A DNA stretch of 64,000 nt from Macrostomum lignano (Eukaryota). Within the stretch, counting starts at the first letter, position 1; each line of letters starts with the position of its first letter. The position numbers and the translations under genes were made by a program. This document shows, piece after piece, positions 49,665-61,600 of this stretch. The notes beneath the pieces are model-generated. The model was not told where the DNA came from and searched no databases. It was given only the letters and a program-made list of their open reading frames with translations. The DNA lies in assembly GCA_002269645.1 (NCBI GenBank), contig NIVC01002526.1, positions 19,880 through 83,879 on the forward strand, written 5' to 3'.

Positions 49665-52600
49665 ATGGCAGACAGCTTGAATGATGAATCAGGTGTAGAG
49701 GATAAGAAAAAAGAAGAATTGGAAGTCGGTCAAGGATTGAAATCTGATGAAGTTCGTCGAAGAAAGGTATTTTGAAAGAGTTTTTTTTAATGAATGGCTA
49801 AATGCTCCATAGATGTCATAGTCACATGTAATTGTAACATTAGCTTGATTGGGCCTGTATAAGTATTTTATTCAGATTTTGAATTTTCATGACCTATTAT
49901 AGTAATTTGAATTTGTAAGTATTAAGGTTATTTCCTTTAGCCCTTTATTATAACTTGTGACTTATTTATTAATTAAAATTTTAATAATAGTAAAATACTA
50001 TTAATGACATAATATTTTATTATTAATGATACAGTTTTCATCTGTGATTAATGCTTTATATTATACACTACTTGTTATCAATTTTATGGGAAAAGTAATA
50101 ATTAAAAGTTATTTAATTTAGTTAATATTTTATTAGATTAAAAGCTTTTTAAGCTTATTCCTTTAAAATCTTTAATAAACTAAATATAGCAATTTAATAT
50201 TTGCTAAATTATCAATAGAATTTTTCTTACAATGGAAAATCAATGTAACCTATAAATTTGCCACACTCAGGAAGGTGTACATCATGGTGGAAAATTCTGG
50301 CGCATATCAACAAAAAATATGCGCGAAGTGGGTGGTGCACACGGCGCACAACAAAGGCTTAGCAGAAGTTTTTAGCGCACATTGGCGCATAGCAAAACCT
50401 GATCAGAAAAATTTAGCTCATATTGAGTCACCTAAATGTATAATCTGCATATGTAGTGCGTAAAATATGCTTTAAGATTATGTTTTTTCCAAGCATATTA
50501 ATAAAAAAATTGTTTCTTGGTAAGTAAAATGAATAATAAAATTCAAAATTGGATTTTAAGGTAAAGTTAGAGCTATTTCTTTTGAAAATTCTCTACGTAA
50601 GCTAAAATAAAGCAAAAGTTTTAAGTTGAAAAAAAGCCTACATAATGTACAAAAATTTATCCATTTTTTTAGTTTTGTTTTAATTGGACTTTTATTGAGT
50701 TTTTAGTGCTACAGCGCATTAGTACTCTAGCTATGTATTTGTCAATAAACGAATGTAGACCTCGGGGCAAAAATTCATATTTTAGCTTCGCGCACAGTGG
50801 ACACTCCAAAAATACGCTGAAATATATTCTAGCGCACACGTGACACCTTCCTGAGTATGGTAAATTTGGCAGTCAAAAATTATATATACACTTTGCTATA
50901 AATTTTAATCTTATCTAATAATGCTTTTTGAAACTAATAAGACTATGACTCAATCAGGGTTTTCTTTTTCGCCAGAGACATGGTGCAAAATCATACCCTA
51001 TACTCACTTTCATTGTGCAATTTCTCTTTTTTCTTATTTCAAGGCAATGCAAATGAGGCTTCAATGGAAAAATAGTTTATGAGACCACACTTAAACTGCA
51101 CCCAATTTTTAATTTTAGGGTAAAGTTTTAAAATTTAGAGTGCATATGCATACTCAGAGCACAAAAATAAACCCAGGCCTCAATGATATATCAAATAATT
51201 GTCCCAGGGGTGTTTCTTCTTACTTTATATATTTCAATCCCACCATTAAGCCACCAAGTTGTTCCAGGGCTACTTCTGTCCTCCAACTATGTCACCAAAG
51301 TTGCCTCTCTATTAAATTCCTACTACTAACAATAAGGTTATGCTTGGTTTGTATTAATTTCCTAACTGTTTCTTAGAATCCCATTTAAGATGTTTCTTGT
51401 AGCATTTAATGTATTAATCTGGTAGCATCTAATGTGTTAGTCTGGTAGTGTCTAGTGTATTAGTCTGATAGTGTCTAGTGTTTTAGTCTGATAGCATCTA
51501 GTGTATTAGTCTGATAGCATCTAGTGTATTAGTCTGGTAGCATCTAATGTATGGCCTGAGTAGTCTACTAGTATACTTGTACTATTCTTCTAGTCTCTAG
51601 GGCGTCACCTGGATCATAGGGTCACGGCTCTTCTTTCTTAGTATGTTTCTACAAATTCCATTAGTATATTTCCCCAATCCTTTCTCTTAGTAAGTCTCTG
51701 AGCACTTCAACTCTTTAGTTTTACAAGTAACTAACTTGGTAAGAATTCAAAGTTTTATACAAGAACAAGTCTAAGAATATTACTGAGTTTAGCAAATGAA
51801 CAAGCTAAGAGCAAGTTGCTTTATTTGTCAGAAAATCAGCTCATATATAGGGTCTGGAGGGACTACATTTATAACAAAAATAATTACCAATAATAATTTG
51901 CTCAGTTAAACAAAATAGAGTAGTGTTTCCTAGTTTTTTGCATTAATTTAATTTGACTAAAGTTTGATCAATTTTAGCGTGTAAAGCATTGTCACTATAA
52001 TATAGAAATAAAACGAACTATTATAGATTTTATGAAGGCAGTTATGATAGGCACTAGTACATAATTTTATTTAAATAATAAAGGTTATAAATATAAAAGG
52101 TTATAAAAGAGTTTCAGCTTAATTGATTTTTCTTAATGTGTATTAATTATAGTTTTGACCTTCATAGCATAGATTTTTTATAAACTGTTTTAATATTTAA
52201 AAGAGTTCATTAATCTATTCTTTGCTAGTTTGTTTTTGTTTTATTAATTTTTTCAATTGCAAAATTTTAATATTTTTGTCATTGGCTATATATCTAACCA
52301 CATTGCAGTAGGCCAGATATGAAATTCAATTAGAAATTTCAAAGTCAAGATTTTTTCCATAACAAAGGGAAATTGATATATCAATATAGAAAATTTTTGT
52401 GTAGGAAAGATATACCCTATATTTATAGACTGGCTTTAAGTGTCAGAATCTCTGCTATTTGATACAAACTTAGGATGCAAACTGAAAACCAGGATGCCAG
52501 CTGAAATTCTAAGAATCCTAATAATTATAGAATCAATACTCATCTATTATTTATGTTTAACTTATAAAACTTATGATGCCAGTGGTGGATCCAAGGGATG

Positions 52601-55600
52601 GGGGCAGCTGCCCCCCTCTTTTACCATGGCTAGACTTGCATGTATTTTTTTATTAGAGGCAGGGGGTTGTGTGCACCCTGGCGCACTTTAAGCGACATGG
52701 GCACACAACCGGCGAGAGGCATTACTGCCCATTCCGCCAACTCCCTTGAGCAGGCATACAAGCGCGCGGATACGTACGCAGGCACACTCACACAGGAGTG
52801 TACAGCGGCCCTAACTTTATATTATCGTTAGGCATGTGCACTTCACTGCGCCTTGGGGGGGTTGGCTCTCAAGGCTGTTAATTGCACGAGCAGAGCCAAG
52901 CCGAGATTCCAATTCAGCTCCAAATTAATGTGACTGCACTTGGAATCGAGCCTGGGTCTCTGGCACACCAGAGCCTGCGCTAGACCGAGCTAGGCTACGG
53001 CCCCCTAGACTTGCATGTAAAGGGGGCATTTTAATTTAGACAGGTTCAAGATTTTGAACCGAAACAAGATCTCAACAGACCTCTATTTTCTATTTTTTTA
53101 ATCTTCTAAACTTGCTCACATTTCACCCAAAGGTGGCCTCTGCTGACTCTGCTGACGATGAGCCGGCAGCAGCCCCCGTGGACCCGGCCGTGGCGCAGTC
53201 CATCGGGCAAGGCACCGACCAGTCACCGGGCATCTTGCAGCGCCTGTTGGCTCCTCTGCCGCCCCGCTGGCAGAACTGGGTAGTCCGCGGCATCATGAGC
53301 ATAGTCATGATTGTCATATTCTCCGTCATTGTCTATTTGGGACCTCTGGCAATGGTTGTGCTGGTGAGTGAGCGCTTTCAGACCGAAATTGAACGCCACA
53401 TTTTTTCCAAGACAGCCGATTTTTCATGCTCACTCGGTGGTTTCCCGCATCGCAGATCCTCATCATTCAAATGATGTGCTTCTACGAGATCATCAACATT
53501 GGCTACGTTGTGTACAAAAGCCAGGACCTGCCGTGGTTCCGCACTCTGAGCTGGTTCTTTCTATTCACCTCCAACTACTTCTTCTTTGGCGAGAGTATGA
53601 TTGACCAGTTCCGCATTCTGCTGCAGCGGGATGTGAGTCAGCTTTGACACGCTTGGGGTGGGGTCTCGAGTAAAAGAATGTACATATTGCGCACCTGAAA
53701 GTTGCCGGCAATTCAATATAGAAACGAGATTTACGAAGTATTGCTGAGGCGTCTATAGAGCAGACAGGTGTCTTTGGAGAAGGTCTCATGTCTTCAGGGT
53801 AGACTGGGTGTCTTCAGAGTAGACTGGGTGTCTTCAGAGTAGACTGGGTGTCTTCAGAGTAGACTGGGTGTCTTCAGAGTAAACTGGGTGTCTTCAGAGT
53901 AAACTGGGTGTCTTCAGAGTAGACTGGGTGTCTTCAGAGTAGACTGGGTGTCTTCAGAGTAAACTGGGTGTCTTCAGAGTAAACTGGGTGTCTTCAGAGT
54001 AGACTGGGTGTCTTCAGAGTAAACTGGGTGTCTTCAGAGTAAACTGGGTGTCTTCAGAGTAGACTGGGTGTCTTCAGAGTAGACTAGGTGTCTTCAGAGT
54101 AGACTGGGTGTCTTCAGAGTAGACTAGGTGTCTTCAGAGTAAACTGGGTGTCTTCAGAGTAAACTGGGTGTCTTCAGAGTAAACTGGGTGTCTTCAGAGT
54201 AAACTGGGTGTCTTCAGAGTAGACTGGGTGTCTTCAGAGTAGACTGGGTGTCTTCAGAGTAGACTGGGTGTCTTCAGAGTAGACTAGGTGTCTTCAGACT
54301 AGACTAGGTGTCTTCAGAGTAGACTGGGTGTCTTCAGAGTAAACTGGGTGTCTTCAGAGTAGACTAGGTGTCTTCAGAGTAGACTGGGTGTCTTCAGAGT
54401 AGACTGGGTGTCTTCAGAGTAGACTGGGTGTCTTCAGAGTAGACTGGGTGTCTTCAGAGTAGACTGGGTGTCTTCAGAGTAGACTAGGTGTCTTCAAAGT
54501 AGACTGGGTGTCTTCAGAGTAGACTGGGTGTCTTCAGAGTAGACTGGGTGTCTTCAGAGTAGACTGGGTGTCTTCAGAGTAGACTGGGTGTCTTCAGAGT
54601 AGACTAGGTGTCTTCAGAGTAGACTGGGTGTCTTCAGAGTAAACTGGGTGTCTTCAGAGTAAACTGGGTGTCTTCAGAGTAGACTAGGTGTCTTCAGAGT
54701 AGACTGGGTGTCTTCAGAGTAGACTGGGTGACCTTGGAGAAGGTTTAGTATCCTCAGGGCAGACTGGACACCTCATCGGCTTATCTCCTGACCTTCGTGT
54801 TTTATCGCTATCACCCTTTAACTTGCAGCAATTCCTGCAGCCGCTGCTCACCTACCACCGGTTCATCTCATTCTGCCTGTACTGCGGTGGTATCGTGGGC
54901 TTTGTGGTCAGCCTGGTTAAGAAGCACTACCTGCAGCAGTTCACTCTGGTTGGTCTCTTGTAGCCTAATTCAAATTGCGTCTAGAGTTGTGCAGAGAAAC
55001 CAGTGATGTATTACGATTATTTTTTTCAGTTTGGCTGGACGCACATGGCTCTGCTAGTTCTGGTCACTTCGTCTCATTTCATGATTCGCAACGTTTTCAA
55101 TGGCGTCATTTGGTGAGTGAAATAGTAAATAAAATATTAATTATGACCTGCACTGGCTATTCCGGTGAGATTTCGATTGAGCTCATCTCAGGTGAGATTT
55201 TGATTGAGCTCATCTCATGTGAGATTTTGATTGAGCTCATCTCATGTGAGATTTTGATTGAGCTCATCTCAGGTGAGATTTTGATTGAGCTGATCTCATG
55301 TGAGATTTTGATTGAGCTGATCTCATGTGAGATTTCGATTGAGCCCATCTCAGGTGAGATTTTGATTGAGCTGATTTCATGTGAGATTTTGAATGAGCCC
55401 ATCTCATGTGAGATTTTGATTGAGCTGATCTCGTGTGAGATTTCGATTGAGCTGATTTCATGTGAGATTTCGATTGAGCTGATTTCATGTGAGATTTCGA
55501 TTGAGCTGATCTCATGTGAGATTTCGATTGAGCTGATTTCATGTGAGATTTCGATTGAGCTGATTTCATGTGAGATTTTGATTGAGCCCATCTCATGTGA

Positions 55601-58600
55601 GATTTTGATTGAGCCCATCTCATGTGAGATTTTGATTGAGCCCATCTCATGTGAGATTTTGATTGAGCTGATCTCGTGTGAGATTTCGATTGAGCTGATT
55701 TCATGTGAGATTTCGATTGAGCTGATTTCATGTGAGATTTCGATTGAGCTGATCTCATGTGAGATTTCGATTGAGCTGATTTCATGTGAGATTTCGATTG
55801 AGCTGATTTCATGTGAGATTTCGATTGAGCTGATTTCATGTGAGATTTCGATTGAGCTGATCTCAGGTGAGATTTTTATGGAATTACACTAGATGTGAGA
55901 TTTTGATGCAGCAGCTCTGGGCGCTGAGATTTGAATCTAGTGTTTGATGAATTTTGTCATTTATTGCCCCATCCCAGGCTGCTGCTGCCCTCTTCCATGA
56001 TCATCTGCAACGACATCATGGCCTACATGTTCGGCTTCTTCTTCGGCAAGACGCCCCTCATCAAGCTGTCGCCGAAGAAGACCTGGGAAGGCTTCATCGG
56101 TGGCGGCCTGTCCACCATACTGTTTAGCGTGCTGCTCAGCCACTTTCTCATCCAGTTCGACTTCTTTGTGTGCCCGCTTGAGTACGATGAGGTCAGCGAT
56201 GCCGTCAGCATGAACTGCGTCCGGCACTGGATCTTCGAGCGCTCCACCTTCCACATTCCTGTGGTTGGCAAACTGGTGAGCTAGGCATTGCCGAGCGCCC
56301 AGCCTGAGTGATTCTCATGCACCAGACTGAGTGATTCTCATGCATCAGACTGAGTGATTCTCATGCACCAGACTGAGTGAGTCTCATGCATCAGACTGAG
56401 TGATTCTCATGCATCAGACTGAGTGATTCTCATGCATCAGACTGAGTGATTCTCATGCATCAGGCTGAGTGATTCTCATGCACCAGACTGAGTGATTCTC
56501 ATGCATCAGACTGAGTGATTCTCATGCATCAGACTGAGTGATTCTCATGCACCAGACTGAGTGAATCTCATGCACCAGACTGAGTGATTCTCATGCACCA
56601 GACTGAGTGAATCTCATGCACCAGACTGAGTGATTCTCATGCACCAGACTGAGTGAGTCTCATGCATCAGACTGAGTGATTCTCATGCATCAGACTGAGT
56701 GATTCTCATGCATCAGACTGAGTGATTCTCATGCATCAGACTGAGTGATTCTCATGCATCAGACTGAGTGATTCTCATGCATCAGACTGAGTGAATCTCA
56801 TGCACCAGACTGAGTGATTCTCATGCACCAGACTGAGTGAATCTCATGCACCAGACTGAGTGATTCTCATGCACCAGACTGAGTGAGTCTCATGCATCAG
56901 ACTGAGTGATTCTCATGCATCAGACTGAGTGATTCTCATGCATCAGACTGAGTGATTCTCATGCATCAGACTGAGTGATTCTCATGCACCAGACTGAGTG
57001 AATCTCATGCACCAGACTGAGTGATTCTCATGCATCAGACTGAGTGATTCTCATGCACCAGACTGAGTCGTTGCAGAACAATGTACGCACATCTTAAGCA
57101 TGCAGTTCCCCTGTGGCTCTCTCTGGGCAATATTCTGCAATCAGATTTCCATGCGGCAGTTGCATAGGCAGCAGGAGAAAAATCCCTAGTTTTATGTGCC
57201 GCTCCCATTCCATGATGTCGGACAGAAGTCGGGACTGGGGAGTTCAGCCGTGAATAATCGGATTTTATAGAATCGCCTAGATCCTACCTGTGTATTTCCC
57301 ATTTGCATTGATCTCTGACCTGTCTCTTTTCCTTAAGGCATACCAGTCCGCCACCTCAGCTTTGCGCTCTCTGTGTTCCTCTTCTTGTGTTCTTAATTCA
57401 CTATTGATGAATGATATAATATTTTCAGGAGAGCTGTGGGGGCATCCTGGCGCAACGCCTTCAGGGACATTGTGACACAAGCCAGCGCTGACGCAATTCA
57501 GCCCATTCCGCTGACTCTACGGAGATTGGAAGTTTTTTTCAGCACAAAAATTGCTATTGCATTCGATAGGAGGCAGACCCAATGTTCATCTTTTGATCTG
57601 TTGTCTGTTGGAGCTCAGGGGGGTCTTTCTCGAAAGCAACTTACGATCGACCATAGACGTAAGTTGGGTAAGCTACACTTACGGGTTGCTCGAAGGGCTC
57701 GCAAGTTAGCTATGCGTAAGATTGATCGCAACTTTACGAGTTCGTAACTTTGCGCAAAAGACTGTTTCTCGAAACGTTCGTATGTCTATGGTCTTTCGTA
57801 AGGTTAATCTTAACCCTACGACTGCTCGGTATCAGTCGTAAGACGCACTTAAGCACTAATCGCATAGTACGTGAAGCTTTAGTCAAGCCAAGTCAAGTTA
57901 AACTTTATCGAAGGTGGGTCTTTCTCGAAAGCAACTTACGATAGACTAAGTAAAGATATTTACAGATTTATGACCATAGACATGCAACTTTTCGTTTCAG
58001 ATACGACTTACGAATAGCGTAAGCCACGCAAAGTCTAAGTGAGTTTTGAGAAATACCCCCAGGTCAGCGTTAGGAAGGCGAGGAAAGCAACTGTTTGGCA
58101 ATGAGTGCTGAAGTAATATATATTTGGTGCAGCTCTGGCTTATCATGCCAGTCTGTCTTACTATCGAGCTCTTGGGTTTTTCCATTAGGGTCGCAGCCCT
58201 TCTATGCACTTTGGCTTTACTGCCGAAGGCTTTACACAGTCTGAGCCATAGACAAAAAGGAAGTGTTAATGCCCGAAAGCTTAAGCCACAACATTGTTTT
58301 TGTGTTGTTTTATCTTAATCTATTAAGAACCTATTAACATAATCTATAACCTCTTTATCATCTCTGTCACATATATTGTTACACACAGTCAGCTAAGAAT
58401 GATAAAATAGATTCATAAAACCAATGCGCCGAGCCGTGCCATTTTAATGGTTTTTAGGCACAGGACATGCACAATTGTACAATCTATAAGAAAATAGCAT
58501 AGGATTCTAACTTTCTGAACGAAAAGTTTTATAAATATCAATAGAGCTATAAGCCAGGCACAAAATCTCTCAAAAGATGAACACTGGGTCTGCCTCCTAT

Positions 58601-61600
58601 CGAAAGCAGTAACCATTTTTTGTGCTGAAAAATGAAAACTTCCAATCTCCGTAGTGTATTTCTTTGAAAAAACCTGCCTCATAAACATTTTCTAAGAAAC
58701 GCAGTTTCCTGTCCTACTTGAGTAGTCCTTGTGTCAGGCATGTACACACCCTCTGTGCCTTGGTGGGGTGAGTAGTCCTTGTGTCAGGCATGTACACACC
58801 CTCTGTGCCTTGGTGGGGTGAGTAGTCCTTGTGTCAGGCGTTTACACACCCTCTGTGCCTTGGTGGGGTGAGTAGTCCTTGTGTCAGGCATGTACACACC
58901 CTCTGTGCCTTGGTGGGGTGAGTAGTCCTTGTGTCAGGCGTGTACACACCCTCTGTGCCTTGGTGGGGGTGAGTAGTCCTTGTGTCAGGCGTGTACACAC
59001 CCTCTGTGCCTTGGTGGGGTGAGTAGTCCTTGTGTCAGGCGTGTACACACCCTCTGTGCCTTGGTGGGGTGAGTAGTCCTTGTGTCAGGCGTGTACACAC
59101 CCTCTGTGCCTTGGTGGGGGGTGAGTAGTCCTTGTGTCAGGCTTGTACACACCCTCTGTGCCTTGGTGGGGTGAGTAGTCCTTGTGTCAGGCGTGTACAC
59201 ACCCTTTCTGCCTTGGTGGGGGGTGAGTAGTCCTTGTGTCAGGCGTGTACACACCCTCTGTGCCTTGGTGGGGTGAGTAGTCCTTGTGTCAGGCTTGTAC
59301 ACACCCTCTGTGCCTTGGTGGGGGGTGAGTAGTCCTTGTGTCAGGCTTGTACACACCCTCTGTGCCTTGGTGGGGGGTGAGTAGTCCTTGTGTCAGGCAT
59401 GTACACACCCTCTGTGCCTTGGTGGGGTGAGTAGTCCTTGTGTCAGGCATGTACACACCCTCTGTGCCTTGGTGGGGGGGGGTCTTACGGGGTGAATCAC
59501 ACAACCCCCCCGGCTAGTTTTCCTGCAAAAGCCTTCGGAAAGCGCGGAATCGAACCAGGCCGTGGGGCGAGAGTCGAAAGTGTTTATCGCTCAGCTGCTC
59601 TGCAGCTCTGCACCCAGTTACAATATTTACGATTGGATAATAATTGACCCCAAAGCTAGTTGCGGGCTCGGGTTTCAATGGGCAAGCTCTGTGCGCTGAT
59701 TTATAATATATTAGAAATACATATTATGTACTCGGCCTAGCCCAGTGTTGGGACACGCCCTAGGCTTACGAGTTTTTAATATGAAACCAGTGGCGTGTGG
59801 CATCAGCGCTTGCCCTATTGGTTAACTTGGGCTGGGACTCCTATTCGTCTTTTCTCTCTTTCTACCGGCTTCCCCCTTTTCCCTATCGGCGGCTTCTTAA
59901 GCTAGCCCTGACAGTTATTCCTGCTGCGTACTTCCCTAAGGCCCAGCCTGTGTACTTTACCGCACAGCTCTCCGTGTTCGGACGGGAGAGGCTTAAGGTT
60001 TGAGAGAGAATTTCTGACCCTCCTTCTCCTCGACCGTCACTAGCGTACTTCATTTCCTCGGCGGTTTGCTAGACTTTCACCAGTCTCACAGTCTGCTAAA
60101 TTCTCCCTTTCGAGCAATGGGAAAGTGGGGGATTCAAAGAAAGGTTACGAAAGTAAAAAAAGGAAGAGAATTAGAAACTAAATTAAAAAGGACTGAAGAA
60201 AAGTTAGAGGTGTGAATTGTAAAAGACATTTATTATTCGAAAATTGTTAAGGGAATAGATGAATTGGAAGAGGCAGTGAAAGATAAGCAAACTGCTTTAA
60301 CTGGAAGGAGAGAAAGAGAATGAAAGTGAAATCTAATCAATAGAAATAGACAATGGAATGCGATTTGAGATGAAAGATAAAACAAAAAACAGTGACCATG
60401 CGTTGTGCGGTTCGGCAGCGCAATCGAGTGGAACTGCTTCTAGAAGACAGCAGAACACAGTCTAGAACTCGAACACAAGCCGAGCAGCTCACATTAAGAA
60501 GACTAATAAAAAATTGTTCCCGCGAGAGAAAAAGGATGGCAAGATGAGCTTCGCTACTACTGTACCCATTGCTCCTCCTCGGCTGGGGCTTGAACTAAGC
60601 TAAAAGTGCAGGCGGCGGGCCCTGGCCACGGTCCGAGCAGCTCTAAGATTGCTGACTCCATTTGATGGCGCGATAATCCATCCTTTATAACCTACTGGCA
60701 CTCAGCTGTGAATCTTTTTCGGGAATGAACGGCTTCAGTCAATCTTCAAAGCAACTTTGCTGTGTGTTGTCTAGCCATTTGAAACAGTTAAAGTTTCATT
60801 TGTTGTGGAGCGGTGAAACTCTTGCATAAGAAATATTCGAGACTGGGTCAGAAAATATCGAGTGTAAACACGGCCATGAGATTACACTCATCTAAATTTT
60901 TGTGCAAAACGTTTTTCTGTGTTTTATTATGTAAGTGTTAACAAATAAACTTTCCCAATGCTGCTGAACCGTCAGAAATTTTTACCTAGAAGCAAAAATT
61001 ATCTTCAAACCTGTAGAAATTAAACCTGTAGAAATAGAAGGAACCTGGAAATCGAAAAGAAAAATTCTACGGACAACCTGCGTCAGTAAAAAAATGAAGT
61101 CAAGACTGGAAGATGGCGCAGGAAAACTCGAAAACCCAAATTCACTTCGTGCGCATAGCGGACAAGAGAGAAAAGGGGTAGCGCCCAGCCCCCAGCCAGT
61201 CCGATAAACAAACAGTTTGGCTTTCCTCTTGCCTCCTTCCTTACTGCTCTCTCATTGGCTGAGCTACGAGTAGATTGGCCTGCCCCCTAGGCTGAGTTTC
61301 GTCCGTCTGACTTAGACTTCTCTCCTTACTGCTCTCTCATTGGCTGAGCTACGAGTAGATTGGCCTGTCCCCTAGGCTGAGTTTCGTCCGTCTGACTGAG
61401 ACTTCTCTCCTTACTGCTCTCTCATTGGCTGAGCTACGAGTAGATTGGCCTGCCCCCTAGGCTGAGTTTCGTCCCTCTCATGCGTTCACTTTGTGTATAT
61501 CCAGTTAAATACTTGTTGATTCTTAACTCCATATGCTCCTGAGGCCGCACACCCAGAGGAAGAAAGTCTGCCACGTTAAATTTTGAGTGAAACTGCACAT

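Larger units (their letters stand above)
57420..59615 (-). mobile_element. tRNA-derived SINE split by nested insertions
   Basis: Head at ~59545-59615 (GCAGAGCAGCTGAGCG...CCTGGTTCGATTCCG), mid-body at 59440-59540, 3' part at 57420-57516 (CCTGGCGCA...CCAGCGCTGACG...CCCATTCCGCTGACTC). All align with the other two SINE copies. Confidence 0.65.

Noticed and set aside
54975-55892. 305-aa EISIELISC repeat ORF and antisense partners
   Set aside because: 27-bp minisatellite in CDS intron 5, bounded by canonical splice sites of conserved exons.
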